A stretch of 64,000 bases of DNA from Eledone cirrhosa (GCA_964016885.1 OZ024754.1:4402001-4466000); one strand, 5' to 3'. Positions 12,313 to 25,443 are shown, counted from the first letter of the stretch. Numbers and translations: made by a program. The notes: a model not told the origin generated them from the sequence alone.

Positions 12313-12508
12313 ATAGGAGTAAGTAAGACCCCGACGGCTGAGCTCAAGCCGTTTCGACGGCTAATTCAGTACAGAATTAGCCGTCGAAACGGCTTGAGCT
12401 CAGCCGTCGGGGGTCTTACTTACTCCTATTACCCACTCTACTACCCTAGTAGTATTGAGTACTTTGGTGCGTTATGGTCCACCTGGTTCCTTACCACTTT
12501 TCCCTCGC
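12313..12508 (+). mobile_element. Family A fold-back element: ~55-bp arms around hammerhead stem II, plus unique tail
   Basis: 12313-12367 is inverted relative to 12374-12429, loop AGTACA; GAAA-CGGCT-tgagctc-AGCCG-TC at 12386-12408; (TA)n flanks. Confidence 0.85.
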
Positions 12509-12606
12509 TATATATATATATATATATAAAGGAAAAGAATGACTTCACTTGTAGTTCTAAACAATATAATTTAATTTTATAATATTATAATTTTACAACT
12601 TGGTTT

Positions 12607-12643
<37 letters not shown>

Positions 12644-12863
12644 GAATGTATGTGAGGGAGAGAGAATATCTTAATATCTAGTCAGTATGTGTGTATATAA
12701 ATATATAAAGCTGGAGACAGACGACAGACGACAGAGAGCCTGCAATGCTAGGTAGTGTGTGTGTGATCTTTCATGAAACTGTGGTAGTTTCATCATGTCG
12801 TACAGAGACGTAGCCGACGATTCAGGAACAAAAGATAGCTAGATAGCTACTAAATACCTGATT

Positions 12864-12971
12864 AATTGTTTCTACTTTTGGCACAAGGCCAGCAATTACC
12901 CAGTGCATTACTGGTACTTTATTTTATCGACCCTGTAAGGATGAAAGGCAAAGTTAACCTCGGCGGGATTT
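12864..12971 (-). mobile_element. SINE family B, 5'-truncated
   Basis: Homology to 7258-7436. Confidence 0.8.
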
Positions 12972-13216
12972 CTGATTAATAAGAGAAAGATATAGCCACA
13001 CTACATAGTGATGGAAAAGGTAGATAGCACTCCAACAATGTGGATGACATTAACATCACCGTCAGCAGCTCCCAAAAATGTCTAGAAGGTATTACTTTCC
13101 CGTGAGACATGGTATTGTTGCCAAAACTTATATACAATGCTATCTGCAGAAAGGATTGCACTGACAGTCATACCAGTCGCACACAAGATACAGAATTCAC
13201 CCCCCACTCTTAATAA

Positions 13217-13434
13217 GGATTTCTAGTATAGGCACAAGGCCAGTAGTTTTTTTGGGGGGGGAGTCGATTAAATCGACCCCAGTACGTTACTGGTGCTTTA
13301 TTTTATCGACCCCGTAAGGATGAAAGGCAAAGTTAACCTCGGCGGGATATAAACTCAGACCGTAAATGGCCGTAACTCTATGCTGCAAAGCATGGTGCCC
13401 GACTCTCTACCGATACTGCCAATCCACCGCCCTT
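13217..13434 (-). mobile_element. SINE family B (long variant) with 15-bp TSD
   Basis: TSD CCCCACTCTTAATAA at 13202-13216 and 13435-13449. Confidence 0.88.
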
Positions 13435-13950
13435 CCCCACTCTTAATAATAAAAAATATTGCAAGAGCTGCCAATGAAATATTAATCCTTTACAACCACA
13501 GGGGATCTTACTCTGTAAGACAATGAACAAAAGCCATGCCCTCTTGTTGGGGAGTAGGGCAACTGCCTAATAGATGTGAACCTAGTGTCCAAGTTCAATG
13601 GGAAAGATAATTCCTATGATGAGCTAATATAGAACCTACTATTCATGTATAGACATATAGACTTATATCTGAAACTATTACCTGACTTGCATTGTGTTAT
13701 GTACGACAAAGTCTTGAATAAATGGGGTTTTTCCTTGGAGGAACGCAGCAAATGAATGTCTACCCTTCGAATCCAATCGATTAGTCGTACAATGCGGTAT
13801 TGCAAGACATTCTAAATATCTTTCGTTTTAGAGTTTCCTAAAATAAATATATACTCAAACACATATGAACGCATATCACACGCACACTGACACACATACA
13901 TATGTACTATATAGACACGTCCACTAACAACGAGAGAGCAACTTCACATT

Positions 13951-14008
<58 letters not shown>

Positions 14009-14157
14009 GACAGACCTGTTCACTCAGATATATACAAATACTTGAAACTGTCCTGTCTCGACTAAAGCAGAATAATTCATGGCTTCTTTTAAGTGAGGAG
14101 CTTAAATATTACTAAAACAATTCTCAAAGAAGCATACCTACATGCATATATACACAC

Positions 14158-14189
<32 letters not shown>

Positions 14190-14588
14190 GCATGTACATG
14201 CATATATACGCATTCATACATATATGCACACGTGCATGCATTTATGTATGCATATGTGCATACATATATATTTGTATATGCATATATATATATATGCATA
14301 TATAGATAAATATATGCATATATAAATATATATATACACATACATACATACACGTATACATATAGAATACAGATAAAAACACAAGACACTAAACTACATA
14401 AAAACCTTCAGTATCTCTACAGACATACATATATCTGATTATTTCAATTTGTTGCTCACATTCTTTCTAGCATCTCGCTTATCCCCCCTAACGATGTCAC
14501 ATCCTTTTAAAGTGTGGGGAGACATTCTTTTGCCCTCGCCAGACAGTTTATTCGCTGCCAACCGCAAAACCGACATACCAATGATCCT

Positions 14589-14653
<65 letters not shown>

Positions 14654-14794
14654 GGCCATAATAATTTCTTCGTAGCTTTTTTTACTTTATCATCAGAGAA
14701 GTGAGTGGATAACGTCACGTTGTTGTTTTTTTTATTCATATTTTGTTTATGACTTTCTTGCCTTCCACCTACCCAGCCACACACAAAGAGAGAG

Positions 14795-14858
<64 letters not shown>

Positions 14859-15089
14859 TTATATACATATCTGCGCATGAACAAAAATCCCCTTCCCTAC
14901 ACATTACGCCCCACACATATATATGACGGTACTTCAACCTTTTCAAGGTGATTTTCACAAGGTTTCAACAGCCTTCAACAAACAATTGCCCCTTACACAA
15001 CAAAAAACGTACCACTTTAGTCCGTCATTTATTAGTAGGATAATCTCTTGTAAATGCTTAGCAGTTAATAATTATATAACAACAAAACC

Positions 15090-15280
15090 TTCTTCTTGTT
15101 CGCCCACTTATTCCTTCCTGAGAGGGTCGTAGGGGCAGAGTCCTCAAACACTCCCTACAGCAGGTCCTGACAGAAGCAACCGTCTCCGACAGATCCTGCT
15201 GGATCCGCTAGCGTGACCAGCCAAGCTCATGGATGTTATCTAACCATCTTGCACGGAGTCTACCCCTGGGTCTCTTTCAA
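15090..15280 (-). mobile_element. Decayed 3' fragment of an RTE-group LINE
   Basis: Minus-strand translation KRPRGRLRARWLDNIHELGWSR*...LRTLPLRP resembles RTE C-termini; short (AGA)n tail. Confidence 0.6.
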
Positions 15281-15634
15281 AATAAGACAGGCCAACCAAC
15301 CCTAGTGAATTGGTCAAACATATTTTTAAATTGAAGTACTGTCTTATATGCTAGTTTTATGACACCTTTTGGACTTTAAAATTATGGCACAGTATAGCCC
15401 TATGGTAAGGAAGTTCGCTTCGTAATCATAACGCTCTGGGATTGATCTCACTGCATATCCCCTTGAGCAAGAGACATTTGTATCGAGATACATGTTATGG
15501 AAACTGCTTAAGATATATGTGATGGAAACTGCTTAGAATACATGTTATGTAAACGGAAGAAGAGCATGCGATGAAAGGAAATCTTAAATCAAAGATATTG
15601 AAAGAATGCGTGATGTTAGAAGAAATATATATAT

Positions 15635-15860
15635 AAAAGGAACGATCGACTTTCGTCAAATTGGAGCGAGGAAACAATGTTTCCATTGGTCTTTCCAATT
15701 GCTAATACTATCTATCGGTCGCAACTCCAGGTAGAAGGAACCTCCACATAAGGAGATGCTTACAGCACCGAGGTTTCCCAAGCGGTCACTCATCTAAGTA
15801 CTAACTAGGCTCGACGTTGCTTAACTTCGGTGATCGGACGAGAACCGGTGTTTTCAGCGT

Positions 15861-15862
<2 letters not shown>
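15635..15862 (-). mobile_element. Candidate SINE3: 5S head plus the 3' tail of SINE family C
   Basis: 5S is followed without a T-run by CCTTCTACCTGGAGTTGCGACC...GTCGATCG, shared with the family C copies. Confidence 0.7.
15757..15862 (-). pseudogene. 5S rRNA-derived sequence, first ~13 nt missing
   Basis: Minus strand: TCACGCTGAAAACACCGGTTCTCGTCCGATCACCGAAGTTAAGCAACGTCGAGCCTAGTTAGTACTTAGATGAGTGACCGCTTGGGAAACCTCGGTGCTGTAAGC, a recognisable metazoan 5S with box A and box C. Confidence 0.92.
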
Positions 15863-15921
<59 letters not shown>

Positions 15922-15931
15922 ACACACATAC

Positions 15932-16116
15932 AAATGGCTTCTACAGGACTACAACTATTTCATTCGGGAGAAATCATCAGGAAGCGCTGATGATTTCTCC
16001 CGAATGAAACAGTTCTAGTTCTGTATAAGCCATTTCTATATTAAATATGTATACTCTGCTATATATCGAATACCTTACTTACTGTGGTTACCCCCGATTG
16101 AACCCGGGGTAAACAT
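15932..16116 (+). mobile_element. Family D fold-back element with hammerhead-like cores on both strands
   Basis: 15932-15980 is inverted relative to 15987-16035; CTGATGA-TTTCTCCCGAAT-GAAA-CAGT-TC; homologous to the 20.9-kb and 34.8-kb copies. Confidence 0.7.
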
Positions 16117-16964
16117 CTATATATATAAAAGAGAGCGTATGATTCAGTATAAATTTCTGTGTGAATCTTAGGTGACACAGGGAGACGTCCTATGACTTTA
16201 TTTATTGTAATAGTAAATATGGTTATTCTATCTATTTAAGATCATAGCTGTATAACTCAATATGATTATTCTATAAATTTAAGATCATAGCTATGTGATT
16301 CATAACAAATATCTGTGTGAAACAGAGAGACATCATATGACTTTATTTGTTGTGATAGTAAGTATGGTTATTCTATCTATTTAAGATCATAGCTGCAAGA
16401 TTCAATATGATTATTTTATCATAGTTGTTCTATCATATAACTGTTTATCGTAATGAAACGTTGTAGATCGTGGAAAGTAATCAATCATAGTCATATAACA
16501 ACTCTGAAAAGTCAGATATTTTCTGTAGGGTTTATTTGTTATGTAAGGCTATGATTGTAGAGGTGTCGGTACTGATGATTCTCAGTATTCAAATGTTATA
16601 ATATTTATACATACACACTCACACACACACTCACACACACACATATATATATATATATATACTTACACCTGCATATATATATATATACATACACCTGCAT
16701 ATATATGTATATATATATATATATATAATATATATACGTGTATCCATATATTTATCTACATATTTATACACACAAGCACGTACTCATAAAAACACCGTAA
16801 AAAAAGATGGAAAAATATCTAAACTCATTATCACGTATGCATATCAGACACACATACACATATATATACATGCATACACACACACACATATATATATATA
16901 CATGCATACACACACACACACACATATATATATACATGCATACACACACACATTATATATATAT

Positions 16965-17000
<36 letters not shown>

Positions 17001-17633
17001 CATACATACACATATATACATGCATACATATATACATATACATATATAAACATATACATATACTGGTTCCTCAATCTTATCTTCTCAAAGTATTGTTTTT
17101 TCTTCCATTATCGCTATAGAAATGTGTATGGGTGTGTGTGTGTGTGTATGCGTGTGTGTGTGTGTATCTGCGTGCGTGTATGTCTGTGTGCGTGCGCATG
17201 TGTGTCTGTGTGCGTGCGCATGTGTGTCTATGTGAGCGTGTGTGTGTGTGTCTGCATGTGTCTATATGTGTGTGTCTGTGTGTGCATGTGTGTCTGTGTG
17301 TCTATGTGTGTGTATCTGCGTGCGTGTGTGTGTGTCTGCATGTGTGTCTATGTGTCTGCGAGAGTGTATATCTGTACGTTTGTCTCTCTCTCTCTCTGTT
17401 ATGTGGTATTTTTTCTGAACTTTCTCTTTCATTTTCCCAGTATAATCCGGGCTTTTTTCCATCGTGTCAACTCTGGTCTGAAATTATTCAGAGCTATTTA
17501 ATAGAGACAACTGTAAACATTGATGGATAGCTTCAATTATACAACGTGCCGCTAGATGTCGCTGTTAATATGCACATTATCTGTAATCCTAATGTACTTC
17601 TTCTTGTTTTATATATGAACGTGTGTACTGATT

Positions 17634-17712
<79 letters not shown>

Positions 17713-17743
17713 GAAGGAGAGAGTGTGTGAAAGGGTGAGAGAA

Positions 17744-18270
17744 ATGTATCTATGTATGTATGTGAATTTGGTCTCCCATATATGCATACATACGTATATA
17801 CATACATGTATGTATATGTATATATATAGAGAGAGAGGGAGAGTCATAGATGTATGTATGTGTATTTGGTCTCCCATATATGCACACATACATATATACA
17901 TACGTGTATGTATATGTATATATATAGAGAGAGGGAGAGTCACAGATGTATGTATGTGTATTTGGTCTCCTATATATGCACACATACGTATATACATACG
18001 TGTATGTATATATGTATATATATAGAGAGAGAGGGAGAGTCACAGATGTATGTATGTGTATTTGGTCTCCTATATATGCACACATACGTATATACATACG
18101 TGTATGTATATATGTATATATATAGAGAGAGATGGAGAGTCACAGATGTATGTATGTGTATTTGGTCTCCTATATATGCACACATACGTATATATATATA
18201 TGTGTATATATATATATATAGGAGAGAGACAGGGTGAGAGAGATGTGTGTGTATGTTTGTGTTTGGTCTC
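17744..18270. repeat. ~98-100-bp tandem repeat (about 5 units) built from microsatellite blocks
   Basis: Recurrent GAGAGTCACAGATGTATGTATGTGTATTTGGTCTCC. Confidence 0.85.
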
Positions 18271-19948
18271 CTGTTTTTTTATCGTGTTTTATTACTATTT
18301 ACGTTTATAAATTGTTTGTTTTTAGCCGACCATCAGTTGATAGATACATTTAATCTTATATCCCAGCCTCTCTTTACACTCTTGTTTGTAGAGAACGAAC
18401 CAACCACTTCAATGGTGGATAGTGGTGGTAACTTTAGCAGGGTTTTCTTCTAAATATTTGGTTTAAGTATTTTACTATTCATCTTAGATTTCTTTTAATG
18501 TTTGGTACATTTTTTTGGTGGGGTTACGTTTTTTTTTGTTTTTTTTCTTGACCACTGTTCGAACGTGAGTTTCATTATTTAGTTTCTATTACTATAGTTA
18601 GAGGTGTTGTTTGCGTTTATTTTTATTTTTTTTTGGGGGGGGGGGGCTCATGCTGTGCTTGTTTTTTTTGGTTTTCTTTTTCTCCAAAGCGTGACCTAAT
18701 CGTCTTGTCTTTGATCAAATGCATTCCAGTTGTGGCTATCCTGTTTTGTTTTGATTTTTTTTGCTTACATATTTGCAGATAATTCAATGTCTATCACATT
18801 ATCTATTTAATTGTTTTTTCTAGCACTGTATGTGTGATTTGAGGGAGATTCGGGTTCTATTTCTAACAAGCCATATACTTACAAATAGACTCTCTCGGTT
18901 GTTTGTTGTAATAGATGGTCTCATCGTTAGAGAATAGTATTGGTTTTAATGCTATAGTTGTTGTTGCAGTTGGTTTTGCTGCTGGAGTTGGTGATGATTG
19001 TAATTGTGTCTTAATAGGTTCTTGTTGTTTTTGATGTTGCTGATGTCGTTGTTGGAGATGGAAGTGATGGTTCTTGTAGTGTTTGGTGCTGTTACTGAGA
19101 TTTTTTGTTGTTTTGTTGTAGTTCCTTCTTTTTTATTCTGCTCTCCATATTCTCTCAAACTAATTCCATTCACGTTAGAACGTCTTCTTAGATCAGACTT
19201 GAGAAAACTGCGGCCTTCGAGCCGCAGAACTGGCCGATTAGCTTTCTAAATGGCACACCTAATTTCAAAATTGCCTTGATTTGATTTCCCGTCGAGTGGC
19301 CAGCCTTATGATGAGCTATATACTATACGGTCCACTGCTAGAAAAAGAAGAAAAAAAAGGGCTGCCCATACCTGCCCAAGATGGAAAGATGGACGCATGT
19401 TCCTTTCGGTTGAGAAACAGTGATACAATAGATACAATATATACTTCCTTTCTCCCGATGTTATAGCATGATTGAAAGATCATGTCGCTGCTATTTCTAG
19501 CAAATCCTGAGACCCCGGCTCGAATTGTCGACATCATTGTCATCGCTGTTTATCCCCAATGTCAGCCTTGATCGATTCAGTTGATGATCAAAATTTGAAT
19601 TTATGATCGAACTCTTTCTAGCTGTGACCATCCTAGTTTCTGGTGGAGGTGTTAAGTGACATTATACTTCTGTCAGATATATCTTCTGACCCCTGCTCTC
19701 AATGAATTCTTCCACTGCTGTTTTATATTCTCCTCATATTGTGTAGTGTCAGGAATGAAATTAAGATCAGCCGCCACCACCACCACCGCCGCCTCCACCA
19801 CAGTCATCATCATCATCATCGTTGTTGTTGATGTTGTTGTTGTTATTATTATTTTTATTAATGCTAATTTTAGTATTATCTCTGTTCGTATAATTTCTTA
19901 TATGTGCATTCAAATGCACCTCTCCCCCACACATTAGTGAATGCCTGC

Positions 19949-19983
<35 letters not shown>

Positions 19984-20059
19984 TGTATGTATGTATGTAT
20001 GTATAAGCATCTATGTATATATCTACACACATACATTATAAACACACATACACACGCGT

Positions 20060-20090
<31 letters not shown>

Positions 20091-20137
20091 AAGCATACAT
20101 ATATATATACATACATAGATATAAATACATGCATATT

Positions 20138-20183
<46 letters not shown>

Positions 20184-20223
20184 CATATATATATACATAT
20201 TGATATACATACATATACACATA

Positions 20224-20324
<101 letters not shown>

Positions 20325-20397
20325 AAGAGGCATAAATATACATAAATATATGTATATATTCGGATAGATAGATTTATAGATAGACAGTCACTCAGTC

Positions 20398-20476
<79 letters not shown>

Positions 20477-20904
20477 TAGATAGATAGACAGATAGATAGA
20501 TAGACAGATAGATAGATAGACAGATAGATAGATTGTGTTCATATCTATATAGCTTGATTGAGATAAAGAATATTTCAATCACATCCAAATATTTCCAGTT
20601 CTCACACAACTAAACACACCTATACCTATAAATATATCACCTCCAGGACATAGCTATGAAATATCTGATAAACACAAATGACAGGGATGCCTTCAGGCGA
20701 CGACAACGTGATAAAAAAATGTCCGCTGTGCTATAATATAGCGGGAAATATATAGCCCGCATGCATCATGATCGGCTGATCAAAGATGTCCGCCAACGTT
20801 TTGTATTCAGCTGTAGTAAGAACAGTATTCAATGTAATATGTGTAAGTATTTACTGAAGATAAGAGAATATATAAATAGTATACGCTTGTCTTTCAATGT
20901 AAAG

Positions 20905-21125
20905 TATAGTATAGTATATATAATGTTTAATATAGAAATGGCTTCTACAGGACTAGAAGAGTTTCATTCGAAGGAAATCATCAGGAAAGCTTTCCTGATG
21001 ATTTTCTTCAAATGAAACCGTTCTAGTTTTGTAGAAGTTATTTCAATATTTAACATTATATGCTCTACTATGTATTGAGTACCTTACTTACTGCGGTTAC
21101 CCCAGATTGAACCCGGGATACACAT
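20905..21125 (+). mobile_element. Family D fold-back element (spacerless palindrome centred at 20990/20991)
   Basis: TCATCAGGAAAG|CTTTCCTGATGA; ~80-bp imperfect arms; tail GAGTACCTTACTTACTG..GAACCCGGGATACAC. Confidence 0.75.
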
Positions 21126-21139
21126 ATCTATATATCTAT

Positions 21140-21500
21140 CTATCTCTCCATCTACCTACCTATCTATCTACCTACCCACCTATGTATCCATCTACCTACC
21201 TATCCATCTACCTACCCACCTATGTATCCATCTACCTACCTATCTATCTACCTACCCACCTATGTATCCATCTACCTACCTATCCATCTACCTACCCACC
21301 TATGTATCCATCTACCTACCTATCCATCTACCTACCCACCTATGTATCCATCTACCTACCTATCTATCTACCTACCCACCTATGTATCCATCTACCTACC
21401 TATCCATCTACCTACCTATCCATCTACCTACCCACCTATGTATCCATCTACCCACCTATCTATCCATCTACCTACCCACCTATCTATCCATCTACCTACC
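21140..21500. repeat. 40-bp minisatellite derived from (CCTA/TCTA)n
   Basis: TATGTATCCATCTACCTACCTATCCATCTACCTACCCACC at 21181, 21221, 21261 and onward. Confidence 0.9.
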
Positions 21501-21871
21501 TATTTATATATATATCATATCATATATTTTGTATAGTTTACGACAGTATAGTTTAGTATACTTTATTATAGTTTGAATGTAGTAAAGCTGTATTATACTT
21601 TTGTTCTGTAAGTGCTTAGTTCCATGGGGAGATATTAACATATTCTGAGGTGGATAAACGATATTTTACTTGGGAAAAATATTAAATATGTTCCTGCATC
21701 ATAAGTCACAATTACGGGTATGCATATATATATATTTTCACAGCTCCTGCGTTTTATAAATGTCTCGGTATTGTGTGTGTTTGTGGCCGAGACGAACGAA
21801 GAATTTCTACTGGATTACAACAGTGAGTGTCCCAGTCATAAACCTACAGAAACAACAGCAACAATAATAAT

Positions 21872-22055
21872 TGTTTCTACTTTAGGCACAAGGCCAGCAA
21901 TTACCCAGTACATTACTGGTACTTTATTTTATCGCCCCCGTAAGGATGAAAGACAAAGTTAACCTCGACGGGATTTGAACACAAACCGTAAAGGGACGTA
22001 ACTATGCTAGAAAGCATGGCGTCCAACCCTCTACTGATACTGCCAATTCACTGCC
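21872..22055 (-). mobile_element. SINE family B with 16-bp TSD
   Basis: TSD CAGCAACAATAATAAT at 21856-21871 and 22056-22071. Confidence 0.88.
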
Positions 22056-22085
22056 CAGCAACAATAATAATGTTTTCTTATAATG

Positions 22086-22287
22086 GTTTCTGATATAGGT
22101 ACAAGGCCAACAATTTTAGGGGGAAGAGGAAAGGCGATTAAATCAACACCAGTAGATTTATCGACCACGTAAGGATGAAAGGCAAAGCCTACTTCGGCAC
22201 GATTTGAACTCAGAACGTAAAGGGATGTAACTCAATGCCACAAAGCATATTGTCCGACCCTCTACGGATACTGCCCATCCATCGACC
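22086..22287 (-). mobile_element. SINE family B, older long variant
   Basis: Homology to 13217-13434. Confidence 0.78.
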
Positions 22288-23171
22288 TAATAACAATAAT
22301 AATAATAATGAAATAAGGAGTCTCAAATTCAAGAATTTGGCACTTGATTTCCGTAATCATTGGGGGGAATCCATGTAGAATAAGAACACCAGATTGCTGT
22401 GTGCCCAGAGGATAACTGCTAAAACTTATTCAAGTGAAATTTCAATTGTGCGTCGCACCGGAATATGGTTAAAGAAGACCGGTTAAGGGACATTAGCATG
22501 TTCAGAAGGAATTGGAGAAAGTGAAAATAGGAGAATAAATACAAATAAATAAACATATAAAATTGACATAAAATAAAATAGAATAAAATAGAATGAAAAA
22601 ATAAAATAAAATGAAAAAATAAAATAAAATGAAAAATAAAATGAAATAAAAAATAAAATGAAATAAAAAATTAAAATAAAATAAAAAATAAAATAAAATA
22701 GCATAAAAATAAAAAATAAAATAAAAAATAAAATAATGAATAAAATAATGAATAAAATAAAAAATAAAATAAAAAATAAAAATAAAATAAAAATTAAATG
22801 AAATAAAAAATAATAGAATATAATAAAATAAATAAAATAAGTGAAATAAAAAAAATAAAATACAATAAAATAAATGAAAATAAAATAAAAACAAAACACT
22901 AGTCCAATGCTTAAATCGAATGCCACATTAGTTTTTAGTTCACTCATTCTAGATTTTAATGAACGATTTGTTCCTTTCTAAATTAGGGCAAGTCCCCTCT
23001 ATTAATTGACAATCATAATTGACGTGAAATGAGGGCTATTGACAAAGTAATTGACAGGAAAACAGTTAAGACAGAGGGAAGATTTTGACCAGAGGATATC
23101 AGACACTCTGGTATATAGGTCATTACATATTAAGTTTGGAACATTGGAATCAAGAAATTATATCCACACAG

Positions 23172-23218
<47 letters not shown>

Positions 23219-23510
23219 TCACACAGACATGTACATACATACACATATAGATATGCTAGCATACACGTACTCACACTTATAGATGTGCAGGCATACATGC
23301 ACTATCTAAAGACATTTTTTTCCAATTCCAACCCGCCGGTCTCCTCAATCTATCTTATTTTTCATTCTTTCTTCTGATGAAGGACTAGCTTTCGAAACTT
23401 TAAGACCCTCTTCCTGCTATATCAAGCGTTAATCTAATATATCCCTTCCATATACGGTACCGATTGTGTTGTTATTTCTGTTTACCTTTTACATACATAT
23501 ATATATATAT

Positions 23511-23554
<44 letters not shown>

Positions 23555-23844
23555 AGTGAAACTTGGAGTTACTGTAGGTCCACCCGGGTGAGCACTCGAT
23601 GTTTAGGTTCACTTCTGTGTTGAGGTGTAGAGCTATACAGAGTGTATTATATTGAAAAGATAACAAGGACGATTGGTTACTCCTTCATTACATTTATTGG
23701 TAGGTGACGCGCGTTTCGCCACTGATCAGCTCAAGGTTCGATCTGTATCGATCTTACCCGACTCAATAATCGGCATTCGACGGACCCTTTAAAAAAAAAT
23801 ATATATATATATAAGTAGTTCCACAACAGTTAATTCGCCATTTC

Positions 23845-23885
23845 CAAAAGCAATTGTTTCGCCTTAGTCGGATCATCAGCTCGGT
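23845..23885 (-). ncRNA. Degenerate minimal hammerhead
   Basis: Minus strand: CTGATGA-TCC-GACTAA-GGC-GAAA-CAATTG-CT; palindromic stem III; cleavage triplet and stem I decayed. Confidence 0.55.
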
Positions 23886-23912
23886 TTAACTCACCAGTGT
23901 TCTACTATCATC

Positions 23913-23945
<33 letters not shown>

Positions 23946-24085
23946 TAAATTGTTAAACAATATTCAATGATTATGTCAAAGAAAGAGTTTTACAGTAGAT
24001 TGGAAGCACTCAACGGATTAAATAATTTTCTGGAGTTATTAATATTAAAATAAAAGTATTAATAAAATAGATGTTCTTTTGATCA

Positions 24086-24148
24086 ATTACATTTTATTAT
24101 ACATATTTCAGATGTACAACAGTACGTCCTCATCAGACAAAATATAAT
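24086..24148 (-). ncRNA. Type I hammerhead ribozyme, inverted copy
   Basis: Reverse complement of 24241-24303 with one change (stem II closing pair G-U). Confidence 0.8.
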
Positions 24149-24240
24149 GATACATGACATACCCTGAGATGTTAAAAGATTAAGATTTACTAACTTGTTT
24201 AAATCTTAACCTTTTAACATCTCAGGGTATGTCATGTATC

Positions 24241-24303
24241 ATTATATTTTGTCTGATGAGGACGTACTGTTGTACATCCGAAATATGTATAATAAAATGT
24301 AAT
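24241..24303 (+). ncRNA. Type I hammerhead ribozyme with intact core
   Basis: ATTATATTTTGT-CTGATGA-GGACGTAC-tgtt-GTACATCC-GAAA-TATGTA-TA^ATAAAATGTAAT; 12-bp stem I with 2 GU pairs; predicted cleavage after 24291. Confidence 0.85.
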
Positions 24304-25395
24304 TGATCAAAAGAACATCTATTTTATTAATACTTATATTTTAATATATGTATATGTATGTATATATATATATATATACAATGATATTAAATAAATGGAA
24401 AGTATATTTATAAAACCATATTTAAATATAGTTTCTATTTATTTAATATCATTGAATATTATACTCCAGAAAACTTGTCGAGTACTTTGAATGAGTTATA
24501 AACATTTATATTTGTTCAATTACCAACAAATTGAATATCCCTTTTGCTTATATATATATATGTATATAGTTTACAAGAAATCGTTTTCGGATAAGAAAAC
24601 AGATAAGGGTGGGTGAAGAAGTTATTACAGCTCAAAATGTGAGATTTGTTACAGTAAACTACTCAGAAGGCTAAATACAATTCTATTTGTATGAAATCCT
24701 TATTTTAGATGTTTAAGTAAACTCATAGTGAAAATATTTTATAGAAAAAAAAAGACCAAAGTCTTAATTATATTTTATTATAATTAACGCGCGTTTCTTC
24801 TATGTCTTAATCAGATGTCTAATCAATAATTAGTTAATTAATTATATGAACAAAGGTTTGGATTCTTCAGAATTTATAAATAGAATACAAGAAATCTTTT
24901 ACCTCTTCGATTTATTTTGCTTACAACATTGCTACAACGGTTAATGTTTACATTTGAATACATACTAGGTCAATTTTGAAAAACGCACTCAAGTGAATGC
25001 GAGGCATAAGGCACAGGGTCAATTTTAAATAAGGCCCTCAAACGAACAAAATTTACTACAACTTCGAGTTATATGCTCAAGCAAAATAGATTACAAAATG
25101 TTCTTATAAAACACACACAGAAACAGACACACATATATATATATATACATACATATATATATATATATATATATGTGTGTATATAAAATTTTCAATAAAG
25201 CCTTTACTTTATTAGCCTGCACAAATAAATATATAAATACGTATTACATACATACATACATATATCCATTTACAAATCAAATACATAACTTCACAGCCAC
25301 AATTCAATGTATACACAAATACTCATATACATATATATACACAAATACTCATATACATATATGTACACAAACACACACACGCATATACATACACT

Positions 25396-25443
<48 letters not shown>

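Larger units (their letters stand above)
24043..24346. mobile_element. ~147-bp-arm inverted repeat (putative inverted pLTR pair) with one hammerhead on each strand
   Basis: 24043-24189 versus 24200-24346, 10-bp spacer; homologous to 8070-8200. Confidence 0.88.

Noticed and set aside
15757-15862. Functional 5S rRNA gene
   Set aside because: 5' end missing, substitutions in conserved positions, no terminator, fused to a SINE tail.
17547-17566. CTCF-like motif GCCGCTAGATGTCGCTG
   Set aside because: Single short match with no independent support.
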